A stretch of DNA of 39,675 nucleotides, taken from Candidatus Aenigmatarchaeota archaeon. Its GTDB lineage: Archaea > Aenigmatarchaeota > Aenigmatarchaeia > CG10238-14 > SCSR01. A program made the position numbers and the translations under genes. The stretch is from the NCBI GenBank assembly GCA_039090665.1, contig JAWCSL010000007.1, forward strand, positions 1-39,675, in the 5' to 3' direction. How positions within the stretch are numbered: the first letter of the stretch is position 1; each line of letters opens with the position of its first letter. The notes below the pieces were generated by a model. It worked only from the letters and a program-made list of their open reading frames with translations. It searched no databases and was not told the origin of the DNA. Shown here piece after piece: positions 1 through 8,464 of the stretch.

Positions 1-501
1 GTATTTTTTATACCAGTCGTAATCGTAAAGATTTATACCCAGTTTTTCTGCAAGTGGTTTAATCTTTTCAACTTCATTTTTCATCTCACCTAAAATCATT
101 ACTTTTTTATTGACATTATTTTCTGCTTCAAACCTTTCCCATATTTTCTTGCAGTTTTCTACTCCTATCTCAAATTTCTTCTTGTCTCCTATCGCTTCCT
201 CTTTATAAAAAGCTACTTTCTTCAGAGCATAACTACCAACACCATAAGCATACATAAGCAAGAAAGCCATCACTGCTAAAAAAGCTGCCAGGAAAGGAAG
301 CCATGTCGTGAGACCTAAATAATATAGCGAAAAGATACCTAAGGCTGAAATAACCAGAGCCAAAAGCAAGTTGAGCCTTTCAGCTTGCTCACCTAGAATT
401 TTGGATTTTCTTAGCAAAGCATAAATCAAGAGAAAGAAAAATAGGAAAGGTAAGAAGATTGAGAAAATCAGTTGATCGTAAGTTAAACCGAATATCTCCA
501 T
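1..501 (-). CDS. Multi-pass membrane protein of the 'YxLLxKSxILG' family; runs off left edge, missed by ORF track
   Basis: Manual translation from ATG at 501: MEIFGLTYDQLIFSIFLPFLFFFLLIYALLRKSKILGEQAERLNLLLALVISALGIF...YDYDWYKKY, 167 open codons to position 1; about 3 TM helices then a charged helical tail; motif shared with 17513..18109 and 18109..18663. Confidence 0.85.
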   Translation of the reverse strand, partial: MEIFGLTYDQLIFSIFLPFLFFFLLIYALLRKSKILGEQAERLNLLLALVISALGIFSLYYLGLTTWLPFLAAFLAVMAFLLMYAYGVGSYALKKVAFYKEEAIGDKKKFEIGVENCKKIWERFEAENNVNKKVMILGEMKNEVEKIKPLAEKLGINLYDYDWYKKY

Positions 502-553
502 AAATTAGATTTATTATTTTGAATAATGAATAAAACTTTAATAATTATTTTGA

Positions 554-1075
554 CTAAGGAAATCTAGTTTTTTCTCCTATTTCAGAAGAAGAAAGAACTA
601 TGTCTGCAGTCTTTATTTTTATCCATGCATTCTCTATAGGTTTATTATTTCTAATCGCGGCTAGAGCATCTGTTCCCTTTAATGCGATTGCATCATCTAT
701 ATACATATTCAGAGTATTGAGTTCTCTTATAACCCTATCATCAAGAACTTGTAAATATAAAACATCGTTTAATATTACATTATTACCTAAAATTGCTGAT
801 AATACTTTTGATGTACCGACTCTAGCTTTGTATGTGTCTTCGGTTTTCACATTTATAGTGTATGGAATTCTATTTAGAGCAGTAATTAGAGTATTTCTTA
901 ACTCTGTTAAATCTTGGGTTTGAAATCCTGGAAGTCTATAACCTTCTTTCTGTATTAGATAGTAAGTTTGGGATAATTGAGTAAGTATGTTTATATAATC
1001 ATCTGGGTACATCCTGGAAGTATTAGAGTGTTTCAAAAATGTTATTTTTGCTTTTAATAGATTTTCTTGACTCAT
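554..1075 (-). CDS. Hypothetical protein (173 aa, soluble, helical)
   Basis: ATG-started ORF between co-directional genes; no motif recognised. Confidence 0.7.
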   Translation of the reverse strand: MSQENLLKAKITFLKHSNTSRMYPDDYINILTQLSQTYYLIQKEGYRLPGFQTQDLTELRNTLITALNRIPYTINVKTEDTYKARVGTSKVLSAILGNNVILNDVLYLQVLDDRVIRELNTLNMYIDDAIALKGTDALAAIRNNKPIENAWIKIKTADIVLSSSEIGEKTRFP

Positions 1076-1101
1076 ATTGTTATCTATAAGTAGTAAAATA
1101 T

Positions 1102-1962
1102 TTAAAGCTTTTTCTCAGGTTTTTCAAATTTCTTTTTGAGTTCTCTGATTTTTTCTATTTCTTCCATAGTTTTCTGCCATTGTGGACTATCTTTCTCAAA
1201 TAATTTTAATGCTTCTAACAATTTCATCTCGCGGTTTTCCAACTCTGCAAGGTAACCCACTCCCATCAGTTGTGCTGATTCTTTTATACTTATTATACCT
1301 AATGGACTAACAAATTTCTCAGCAGTTTTCCACACAAACCCTGTGAACAAAGTTCCTACCATAAGAGCTCCTATACCAGCAAACCCATAATCTAAGATTT
1401 GGATAAAGTATGTAGCAAAGAATCCTCTAAAAGCAAAAAGTGCCCCGATAACTGCTATAACTCTTCGAACATTCTTATTTCTTATCATGAAAGTTGGCAT
1501 GAACTCAAAAAAGAGAGAAATTAAAAGAGCGAGAGGTGCAATAATGCCAAAAATTATAAATGTTGTAATTGTGAGCCATTCTAAGTTTTGTGGTGCATAT
1601 CCCGTGAAAATACAAGAGGTTGTGTAAAATAGTCCAGGCATTGTGACAATAGAAACATCTGGTTTAAACATCTCTTTACATTCTTCATAAGTTACTGTTG
1701 GTTTGCTGAAGAGTGGAAGTATAACACCAACTATGATTAAAATAATGCTTATATACAATAAAACAACTCCCAAATATAGAACCCATTTCCATTTTCCTAT
1801 CAATGCAGTTACAATACATGTGAAAGCTAGAGCAATAAAAAATATCCACCAGCCACTGAGTGTCCTAGCCCATCCTGGTGCCTCAACTCCTTGAGCTGGG
1901 GCTAAGGAAAAAGAAAAAAATAAAAATAACTGCATAAAAAACAAAATTTTTCTTATCTCCAT
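1102..1962 (-). CDS. Hypothetical multi-pass membrane protein with C-terminal coiled coil
   Basis: Track ORF 1102..2046; start moved to ATG 1962 (MEIRKILFF, signal-peptide-like) to avoid overlap with divergent gene at 2017; several hydrophobic segments, E/K-rich tail. Confidence 0.75.
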   Translation of the reverse strand: MEIRKILFFMQLFLFFSFSLAPAQGVEAPGWARTLSGWWIFFIALAFTCIVTALIGKWKWVLYLGVVLLYISIILIIVGVILPLFSKPTVTYEECKEMFKPDVSIVTMPGLFYTTSCIFTGYAPQNLEWLTITTFIIFGIIAPLALLISLFFEFMPTFMIRNKNVRRVIAVIGALFAFRGFFATYFIQILDYGFAGIGALMVGTLFTGFVWKTAEKFVSPLGIISIKESAQLMGVGYLAELENREMKLLEALKLFEKDSPQWQKTMEEIEKIRELKKKFEKPEKKL

Positions 1963-2016
1963 AATTTTATTAAGTATTTTCAGAAATTTAAGCATAAATT
2001 TGGCATAGATTTTATT

Positions 2017-3165
2017 ATGAGTTCTCTTCTGAGTAAGATAGAACAAAACATTAAAACCAGCTTCGAAATTTTAAGCGATTATGTTTTTTTAATAGATGAT
2101 ATTTATTATCTACCAAACCCTTCCATCAAACCACCATTAAAAAATTATAAATTCAAGTACTTACGCTCGGATCAAGATGGTGTTTATGAAGCTGAAGGTA
2201 CACCCTGGCTTTCTTACTTACATTTCAAGAATATGCTAGGCGATGAAAACGCAAAATCTTTGATTGAAAGTGTGAGTAAAAAATCTGTTGAAGATAAAGA
2301 AAGAGAAATTTGTGAATTCTTGAAGGAAAATCACATAAACTTTCAAAAGTTCTTTTCAGCAGGTAAAAAAGCTGTTGAAGAATTCAAGCCAGTGAAAAAT
2401 CTTTTCAACTTTGTTCACTCTGTCCAAACAAAACTATCTTACTATCTTGATATAAGATCTGGCACATTTGGTGAAATCAGGATCGGCAAAAGCTATTTTG
2501 ATGGGCCCCTTAAAATTTTTTGGAAAAATTTAGGAGTTTCTTCTGAACAAATTGGTGGGTCAAAGGCCTATTTCGATGAAGAAGGTACCTTGGAAAAAAT
2601 AGAGCTTGAGCTAGAACACAAAAAATCCCAACCTATGCCAAATTATCTTCAATATGTACTAGGCTTCACAGACACACCCCAAACCGATTTCCCGATGATA
2701 GATGTTAATCTCAATATATTGCCTTTAGTTTTTTCATTTGGTAAGCTTGCTGAAATTCCGAGAGGGATCGTAATACCATGTCAAAATGCGAAAAAAGATA
2801 TGATGGAAGCAATTAGAATAATGTTGAAAGTTGAAAGGGGAATTGTTGAGTATTTCGGAAATGTGGATGTAGAGGGAGCAAAGAAAATTGGAAAAGAAGT
2901 TAAAAGATTATATGAAATTTGTTTTTCTAGCCATCAAAATTTTTTGAAATACAAGGAAAGTTTTGTGAATAAAAGTTTAGATTTTTTAGAAAAGTTAAGT
3001 GTTGAAATTGGGAAAAGAAAATATCCTCTTTTCCCAGAAGAATTAACAGGAATAAAAAAATATTTAATAACTCTTCAAAACTCAACTAATTTTGAAATTA
3101 GCAAAGAATTAAGTGATAAAATAATTTATCTTATGAAGAAATATTCAGCCGAATTTCCTAGATAA
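2017..3165 (+). CDS. Hypothetical protein (382 aa)
   Basis: Long ORF with typical composition; no family recognised. Confidence 0.75.
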   Translation: MSSLLSKIEQNIKTSFEILSDYVFLIDDIYYLPNPSIKPPLKNYKFKYLRSDQDGVYEAEGTPWLSYLHFKNMLGDENAKSLIESVSKKSVEDKEREICEFLKENHINFQKFFSAGKKAVEEFKPVKNLFNFVHSVQTKLSYYLDIRSGTFGEIRIGKSYFDGPLKIFWKNLGVSSEQIGGSKAYFDEEGTLEKIELELEHKKSQPMPNYLQYVLGFTDTPQTDFPMIDVNLNILPLVFSFGKLAEIPRGIVIPCQNAKKDMMEAIRIMLKVERGIVEYFGNVDVEGAKKIGKEVKRLYEICFSSHQNFLKYKESFVNKSLDFLEKLSVEIGKRKYPLFPEELTGIKKYLITLQNSTNFEISKELSDKIIYLMKKYSAEFPR

Positions 3166-3166
3166 A

Positions 3167-4471
3167 TTATTTCATCTTTTCATACTGGGAAATTATTCTT
3201 TCAATTGTTTTATGAAGATCTTCTTTGTCTCTCTTTAACTGTGGTAAGATTTTTAAAGCTTCTTCCATCAACATATTTCCAGGTATTTGATAGTCTGGAG
3301 AAGAAAAAAACTGATCAAATCTTCTGTAAAAATAGAAAATGAGCGAACTTGATTCTTCATTTCCTTGTTGGCGGAGAGTGTGGGCCAAATCATTCATTAC
3401 ATTCAATGTTTCTTCTACAGTACCTCTTTCCAGAAGTCGTCCTAAATTTGCTGCTTTAAACAAAATATCCGAAATTATTACTTCGACTTGGTATATTGCT
3501 TCCTTTTCTTGGGCTGGTGTGAAAGTCTCTTCGGATCTAACTTCAATTGCTACTTTCTTTTCTTTTCTGGCCTCTTTTTTCAGACCAGAAAATCTATTTA
3601 TTAATCCTTGACTTGCCCAAACCAAAATATTTTCTAACAAATTCTGACATTCAACAGAAAGCTCAGAGTTTTTACTTATTTCTTCAAAAGGTTTATCTGT
3701 TGATAAAGCAACACCATAACCTACAGAAGAAAGTATTCCGACACTTGAATAAAGTTGATAAAGAATCTCATTCATATCTATCCCACCAACAAGATAATAT
3801 TCACCTTCCCACTTATACTTTTCCTCTAATTTATCTTCTACTAGAAATCTCTCCATCCCCTCTGAGTTTTTCCATTCAGTTAATCTTTGGAGAAATACTC
3901 TTTCACCTTTATGTCTGAAAAAAGAAATAAACTTTCTATCATCTTCATTTATTTCTTTTAGAAGTGAAAATGGAAGATTAGAAGAAGGTAAGGATCTAAT
4001 TTTTCTTGAAAAATTACTACATGGTAACTCAAGTTTTTTCATCACTCTTTTATACTCTGAAGAGAAAAAACTATCTTTCTTGTAGACAAGTTGGTAAGTT
4101 CCGAAGTCAACTGATGGTATGAACTGTCTAAAAATAAGTTCAGTATCAAACAATTGTTCAACAAAATTACTCCTTTTAAAAATCTCATATTCTTCTGGAT
4201 CTTTATAGTCTACAATTAGGACAATCCCTCCTTTGCTCCTATATTTCTTTAAAAGAGCTATTTCTTCCTTTGAGAATGATGTTCTGGGATTATAAATTAA
4301 GAGACAAGAACCTTTTTCCAAACTTTCTTGCGTCAATTTCTCTTCAGAAAAAAGAAAATCTATTGTTTCTCTTGAATTGTTTATAAATTCTATTGGAGGA
4401 GTATCCTCTCCATGGGAAAGTGAAACTATCACTCTGGCTTCTAGACTCACATTTAAAAAAAATAAACTCAA
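3167..4471 (-). CDS. Hypothetical protein with putative N-terminal GIFT/GldG-IFT52-like (GATase-like fold) domain and helical C-terminus
   Basis: 'IVSLSHGE' and 'LLIYNPRTSFSKEEIALLKKYRSKGGIVLIV' resemble the GIFT/DUF4350 pattern; start uncertain (TTG 4471 or a downstream GTG). Confidence 0.55.
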   Translation of the reverse strand: MSLFFLNVSLEARVIVSLSHGEDTPPIEFINNSRETIDFLFSEEKLTQESLEKGSCLLIYNPRTSFSKEEIALLKKYRSKGGIVLIVDYKDPEEYEIFKRSNFVEQLFDTELIFRQFIPSVDFGTYQLVYKKDSFFSSEYKRVMKKLELPCSNFSRKIRSLPSSNLPFSLLKEINEDDRKFISFFRHKGERVFLQRLTEWKNSEGMERFLVEDKLEEKYKWEGEYYLVGGIDMNEILYQLYSSVGILSSVGYGVALSTDKPFEEISKNSELSVECQNLLENILVWASQGLINRFSGLKKEARKEKKVAIEVRSEETFTPAQEKEAIYQVEVIISDILFKAANLGRLLERGTVEETLNVMNDLAHTLRQQGNEESSSLIFYFYRRFDQFFSSPDYQIPGNMLMEEALKILPQLKRDKEDLHKTIERIISQYEKMK

Positions 4472-4486
4472 AAATATTTTAAGTTT

Positions 4487-4510
4487 TGGGTAAAAGAATG
4501 GGTAAAAGAA
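4487..4510. repeat. Perfect 12-bp tandem repeat (TGGGTAAAAGAA)x2 in divergent intergenic region
   Basis: Read directly at 4487-4498 and 4499-4510. Confidence 0.85.
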
Positions 4511-4548
4511 TCAGTTAAATAATATAATTAGATTTAGAAATATTAATT

Positions 4549-5394
4549 ATGAAGCTTCATTTTTTGTTGTTGTTATTAGTGATAATAGTTTTTTTATCTG
4601 GATGTGTAGGTCAAAGTGAAACACAAAAAAGTTATGGCATTGGTTTAAGTGCTACTCTTACGGTTGATGCACAACAAGTAAGAACTTCTATTCCTGTAAC
4701 TTTTATTCTAGCTGTTAAAAACCTTGCTTCCGAAGTAGCAGAAGACATAAAAGTTCAGCTTTTGAATTTAACTGGATGGCAAGTAGAAAATGAAATCCAA
4801 GAACTTAAAGAGCTAAAACCAAATGACCTCTACAAGTTTTCTTGGGTTGCTTATGCGCCATCTCAAAATAAAACTTTCATAGCAACCACAAATGTTTTCT
4901 ACTATATGAGAACAAAAGCAAACATAAAATTGAGAGTTTATGACAATGAATATTTAAATACTCTTAATCAAGAAGAAAGAAATAAAATTAAAGAAAAATC
5001 TGCCCTATTGTCTTCAATGATGAGTAAGAATACACCGGTAGGTGTGCAAATAAACCTTAAACAACCTTTTATCCTAACTCGTTACAGAGAAACTTTGCCT
5101 TTTGTTTTAGAAATAAAAAATGTTGGTTCAGGTGAAGTATATAGTGATATAAGTAATTATCCTCCACCAGAAAGATATAAAGAATATGTGAGGTTCGAGT
5201 TCAACAGTAATTCAACTCTACAATGTGATTTTGATGATGGTGAGCTTGTAAAACTTTCTAACAAAAGCAAAAGTATTGTATGTAGGCTTGTAATAACAAA
5301 AGATGATATCAAAAATTATACCGACTTTTCAATAAACTTTACTATAAGTTACACTTATCTTGATAAAGCTAAGACAAAAATTGAAGTTGTTTAA
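4549..5394 (+). CDS. Predicted lipoprotein with Ig-like/CARDB-like beta-sandwich domains
   Basis: Signal MKLHFLLLLLVIIVFLSGC with lipobox LSGC; beta-rich segments 'VTFILAVKNLA', 'FVLEIKNVGSG'. Confidence 0.75.
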   Translation: MKLHFLLLLLVIIVFLSGCVGQSETQKSYGIGLSATLTVDAQQVRTSIPVTFILAVKNLASEVAEDIKVQLLNLTGWQVENEIQELKELKPNDLYKFSWVAYAPSQNKTFIATTNVFYYMRTKANIKLRVYDNEYLNTLNQEERNKIKEKSALLSSMMSKNTPVGVQINLKQPFILTRYRETLPFVLEIKNVGSGEVYSDISNYPPPERYKEYVRFEFNSNSTLQCDFDDGELVKLSNKSKSIVCRLVITKDDIKNYTDFSINFTISYTYLDKAKTKIEVV

Positions 5395-5430
5395 TCTTGT
5401 TTTTTAAATTTGTAAATCTAACTCTTTTTT

Positions 5431-6420
5431 ATGAAAGGCATTGCTCTTGCTCTGATTGGTATTTGTCTAATAGCTGTTGTTGTGGTTGTGGGTTATTTTG
5501 TTTATCAAAGCTTTAGCACTAAAGTATTTGTTGAAGCTTATACCCCTAACATACCAAATTTTGTCGATGTAAATTTCTTTATTGGGACTGAAAGTAAAGA
5601 AGGACTTCCCACAAGATTCTTGGATGTAAAAAAGGGTTATTTTGAATTTCCTTTTAATATAAAAAATTTGTTTGACGAAAAAATTAAAACAAGGATTTGT
5701 CCAAGTATTATTGTCAAACACTTAAATTCGATTTCTTCGATAGATGCTGATTGTCTGGAATTTGAAATGAATCAAGGGGAAGAGAAAAAACTAAACATAA
5801 AAATCCCTTTTAGTGGAGAGGAACAGAAACTTCTAAATTCAACAAAAACTGTTTTGAGAATAGAAGTGGAGTATAGTGGTGTGATAAAAAGTCTTTGTGA
5901 TTTGTATTTGAATACCGGCTATCCTTATTGTAAAATTTCAGATTCTTCGTCTCTTAAAATCTCGCCAGACCTAAGACCAAATCCAATAAATTTGGTTAAA
6001 GATGAAAAATTCTCTGTTTATCTTGGAATCAAAAAATTTTCAGAATATCTCGAACTTAAAGAAGTGAAAATTTTCCCGATTGAAACAAGAGTTATAACAA
6101 TTTCTCATGGTAAAGAAACCATAGAAACAATAACTTTAGAAGAAAATTATACCTCTAGTTTATCTTATGTTGTTTCTTTACCTGAGGACTATCTGTTTTT
6201 ACACGAATTTGCTGCCCCAAAGATAAAAGTTGAAGATAGGGAAAGACAAGAATATATAAACATAAATTGTGAGTCTGAAAGTGCAAAGAAACTGAAGATA
6301 TGTGAATTTAAAGGAAAGGATGAAAAGATTGAGCAAGCTTTTAAGAAGCTTGTCTTAGAAATAAAAATATATTTCCTCAGCAGAAGATCAATAGAAGAAA
6401 GCTTGTATGTGGTTAGCTAA
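5431..6420 (+). CDS. Class III signal-peptide surface protein (large pilin-like, beta-rich)
   Basis: MKG/IALALIGICLIAVVVVVGYFVY fits PibD-type cleavage motif; several paired Cys. Confidence 0.7.
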   Translation: MKGIALALIGICLIAVVVVVGYFVYQSFSTKVFVEAYTPNIPNFVDVNFFIGTESKEGLPTRFLDVKKGYFEFPFNIKNLFDEKIKTRICPSIIVKHLNSISSIDADCLEFEMNQGEEKKLNIKIPFSGEEQKLLNSTKTVLRIEVEYSGVIKSLCDLYLNTGYPYCKISDSSSLKISPDLRPNPINLVKDEKFSVYLGIKKFSEYLELKEVKIFPIETRVITISHGKETIETITLEENYTSSLSYVVSLPEDYLFLHEFAAPKIKVEDRERQEYININCESESAKKLKICEFKGKDEKIEQAFKKLVLEIKIYFLSRRSIEESLYVVS

Positions 6421-6776
6421 TAAGAACTTTGACAATTGCAGCTTTTAAGACAATCGTCAAAGTTCTTATAACCAAAAAAGCTACAAACTTCGCCAAAAGT
6501 TGCTCTGTTTATCTCAGATTCTCTGTTATTTGGATCCGGCAATCTTTGCCCTATCTGATCGTACAAAATTCCACTTTTTTCATATTCAAGTGTTGGCATA
6601 TAAGTGTTTATACAACCTCTTCCATTCATTTGCCTACACAATTCTTGATGTCCTGTTATTTTGAATGTCCATGTCTTGAATGGCCCAAACTGACCACCAA
6701 ACAAGGCAACAAGAGCTACTGCCACCACTATGATTATTACAAGTGCTGCAATTATCCAAAAAGTTTGTTCTGCCAT
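6417..6776 (-). CDS. Leaderless pilin-like protein with Cys-rich C-terminus
   Basis: MAEQTFWIIAALVIIIVVAVALVALF helix; Cys pattern LCxxxxxxGC...FGEVC...CLKSCNC shared with 10858..11109. Confidence 0.75.
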   Translation of the reverse strand: MAEQTFWIIAALVIIIVVAVALVALFGGQFGPFKTWTFKITGHQELCRQMNGRGCINTYMPTLEYEKSGILYDQIGQRLPDPNNRESEINRATFGEVCSFFGYKNFDDCLKSCNCQSSY

Positions 6777-6824
6777 TAAATAAATTTTAAATTTATCGAA
6801 ATTTAAAAGTTGCTTTTTTTACCA

Positions 6825-6884
6825 TCAAGGTTCCTGAACCCCAATTAAAAGCGCAAAAATTGTCCAAAACGGTTGTTCAGCTGT
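6825..6884 (-). pseudogene. Decayed duplicate of the N-terminus of pilin-like gene 6417..6776
   Basis: Reads (T)AEQPFWTIFALLIGVQEP* versus MAEQTFWIIAALVII; ACA in place of ATG, truncated after 19 codons. Confidence 0.6.
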
Positions 6885-7298
6885 TTAACTAGAAAGCTTA
6901 AATGTCACATCTTTTGATAAATTTACTTCAATTCTCAGGTCTTTGTAGTTGTAAAATATCTTGCCCTTTACAATTAAAAATCCTGAATCTTCATATGCCT
7001 CTACAAGTTTAAAAATTGATTCTGAATTATCAAAGGTAAGAGAAATTGTTTTTGGAATTTCTTTTGCTATGGATTCATAAGGAATTCCTTTGGTTCTTTT
7101 TTCTAAAACTTTGTTCTCAAAATATTTTCTGAAATAGAATTGTGAATATTCCGCCTCGTTAATGATAGAAGAATATTTTCGTGAAATTGCAGAAATTTCG
7201 ATTTCTCTACTTAATAGTTGACCTAAAAAATAGAATGCTGCAACAGTTAGGCAAACTGTTATTAAAATCGCCAATATATAGCCCACCAAACCCTTCAT
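6885..7298 (-). CDS. Pilin-like protein (class III signal peptide)
   Basis: MKG/LVGYILAILITVCLTVAAFYFL; ATGA overlap with upstream gene. Confidence 0.8.
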   Translation of the reverse strand: MKGLVGYILAILITVCLTVAAFYFLGQLLSREIEISAISRKYSSIINEAEYSQFYFRKYFENKVLEKRTKGIPYESIAKEIPKTISLTFDNSESIFKLVEAYEDSGFLIVKGKIFYNYKDLRIEVNLSKDVTFKLSS

Positions 7299-7681
7299 AC
7301 CACTACCTCTACTTTAATTTTTTTATTATTAGCAAATGTTTCGATTGTAGTTTTCTCACCAGAAATTTTTGGATTTCCTATTTCTTTATCTCCAACCAGA
7401 ATTTTGTAGGTAGGCAACACTTGACTTATCTTAGCCTCTATAGTGCTCTTATCAATTTTTCCCTCCAAGTAACTTAAAACCATTTCGCTCATCTCAGATT
7501 GAGCTATAGCTATTGATAGCATCTGTGATTTCAATGGGTTATAAATTGGTCTATAAGTTATCTCAACCCCTATCTTTATGTTGAGAAAAGACATAATGAA
7601 AAACAAAATACTGGCAAAAATTATGAAAGTTACCAAAAAAATCATTAAGTTGAAAATTTTGGGTAAAAGTAAGCCTTTAAT
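7295..7681 (-). CDS. Pilin-like protein, probable ATT start
   Basis: Track ORF from ATG 7645 extends in frame 12 codons to ATT AAA GGC (IKG/LLLPKIFNLMIFLVTF) at 7681, preceded by GGTGAT SD-like sequence; the ORF is secure, the start is inferred. Confidence 0.7.
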   Translation of the reverse strand: MKGLLLPKIFNLMIFLVTFIIFASILFFIMSFLNIKIGVEITYRPIYNPLKSQMLSIAIAQSEMSEMVLSYLEGKIDKSTIEAKISQVLPTYKILVGDKEIGNPKISGEKTTIETFANNKKIKVEVVV

Positions 7682-8084
7682 AGCTTATCACCATTTTTCC
7701 AAACTTAAATTTTTCTTTTGAATAAATGGTGATTGGGAGAGTGAAGCTTTTTTTGTGTTGAGAACTACCTAGCCTCCAAGTATTTTCAAAATCTGAAACC
7801 TCTATCTCAAATTCATTTGAATTTAAACAAACATTATCTTGATTTAATTTTTCCTCATCAAATATACTTCTGTAAAAATTTCCGCTTTCATCTTCATAAA
7901 TTAAGCATTTGTTCCCGATGATTGAATTGACTGCATCAAATATTTTCCTTTCTTCGGTTGTTTCATTTATTTTTATATTGTAAATTGCAAAAAGGAGAAA
8001 CAAACCCAGAAGAACTGCTATAACTATAATATTTTTCAGTATATCTATCATGTTTTCTGATATTATCCAAACTTGTCCCTTCAT
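7677..8084 (-). CDS. Pilin-like protein (class III signal peptide)
   Basis: Likely start ATG 8084 (ATGA overlap): MKG/QVWIISENMIDILKNIIVIAVLLGLFLLF; two Cys. Confidence 0.8.
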   Translation of the reverse strand: MKGQVWIISENMIDILKNIIVIAVLLGLFLLFAIYNIKINETTEERKIFDAVNSIIGNKCLIYEDESGNFYRSIFDEEKLNQDNVCLNSNEFEIEVSDFENTWRLGSSQHKKSFTLPITIYSKEKFKFGKMVISY

Positions 8085-8461
8085 TCTATCCAAACCTCTT
8101 CTCCTATTTTCTTAATAGTTATGGAATTGTCCAAGCAAGTGGAGTTGCTATCCTTAATTTTAATATAATTTGGTGCTATGATTTCATGTGAATAAACATC
8201 GTTTCCTATTTTTACAATTACTTTGTCATTCAGAATCTTAACATCACACGATTTACCTACAAAAATTCTTGAAGATATGTCAAAATTAGATGAAGATATC
8301 GAGGAAATTATGCTAGCTACTGTTTCTGAAAAAAGTTTAGTGTTTACCCAGTTTCTTCTAAAGATGGATAATCCGATTATATAAGAAGAATAGATTATCA
8401 GTAAAACTATAACTAAATCAGCAAAAAATTGTAAAAATGTAACGAGCAGGGAGCCTTTCAT
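8081..8461 (-). CDS. Pilin-like protein (class III-like signal)
   Basis: MKG/SLLVTFLQFFADLVIVLLII, followed by helix and beta-strands with two Cys. Confidence 0.8.
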   Translation of the reverse strand: MKGSLLVTFLQFFADLVIVLLIIYSSYIIGLSIFRRNWVNTKLFSETVASIISSISSSNFDISSRIFVGKSCDVKILNDKVIVKIGNDVYSHEIIAPNYIKIKDSNSTCLDNSITIKKIGEEVWIE

Positions 8462-8464
8462 AAT

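Noticed and set aside
1963..2046. N-terminal extension of ORF 1102..2046
   Set aside because: Overlaps the divergent gene and its promoter; ATG 1962 gives a plausible signal peptide
6828..6885. Small hairpins (GGTTC-CT-GAACC; AACGGTT...AGCTGTT) suggesting an ncRNA
   Set aside because: Short and weak; the segment is better explained as a decayed pilin N-terminus
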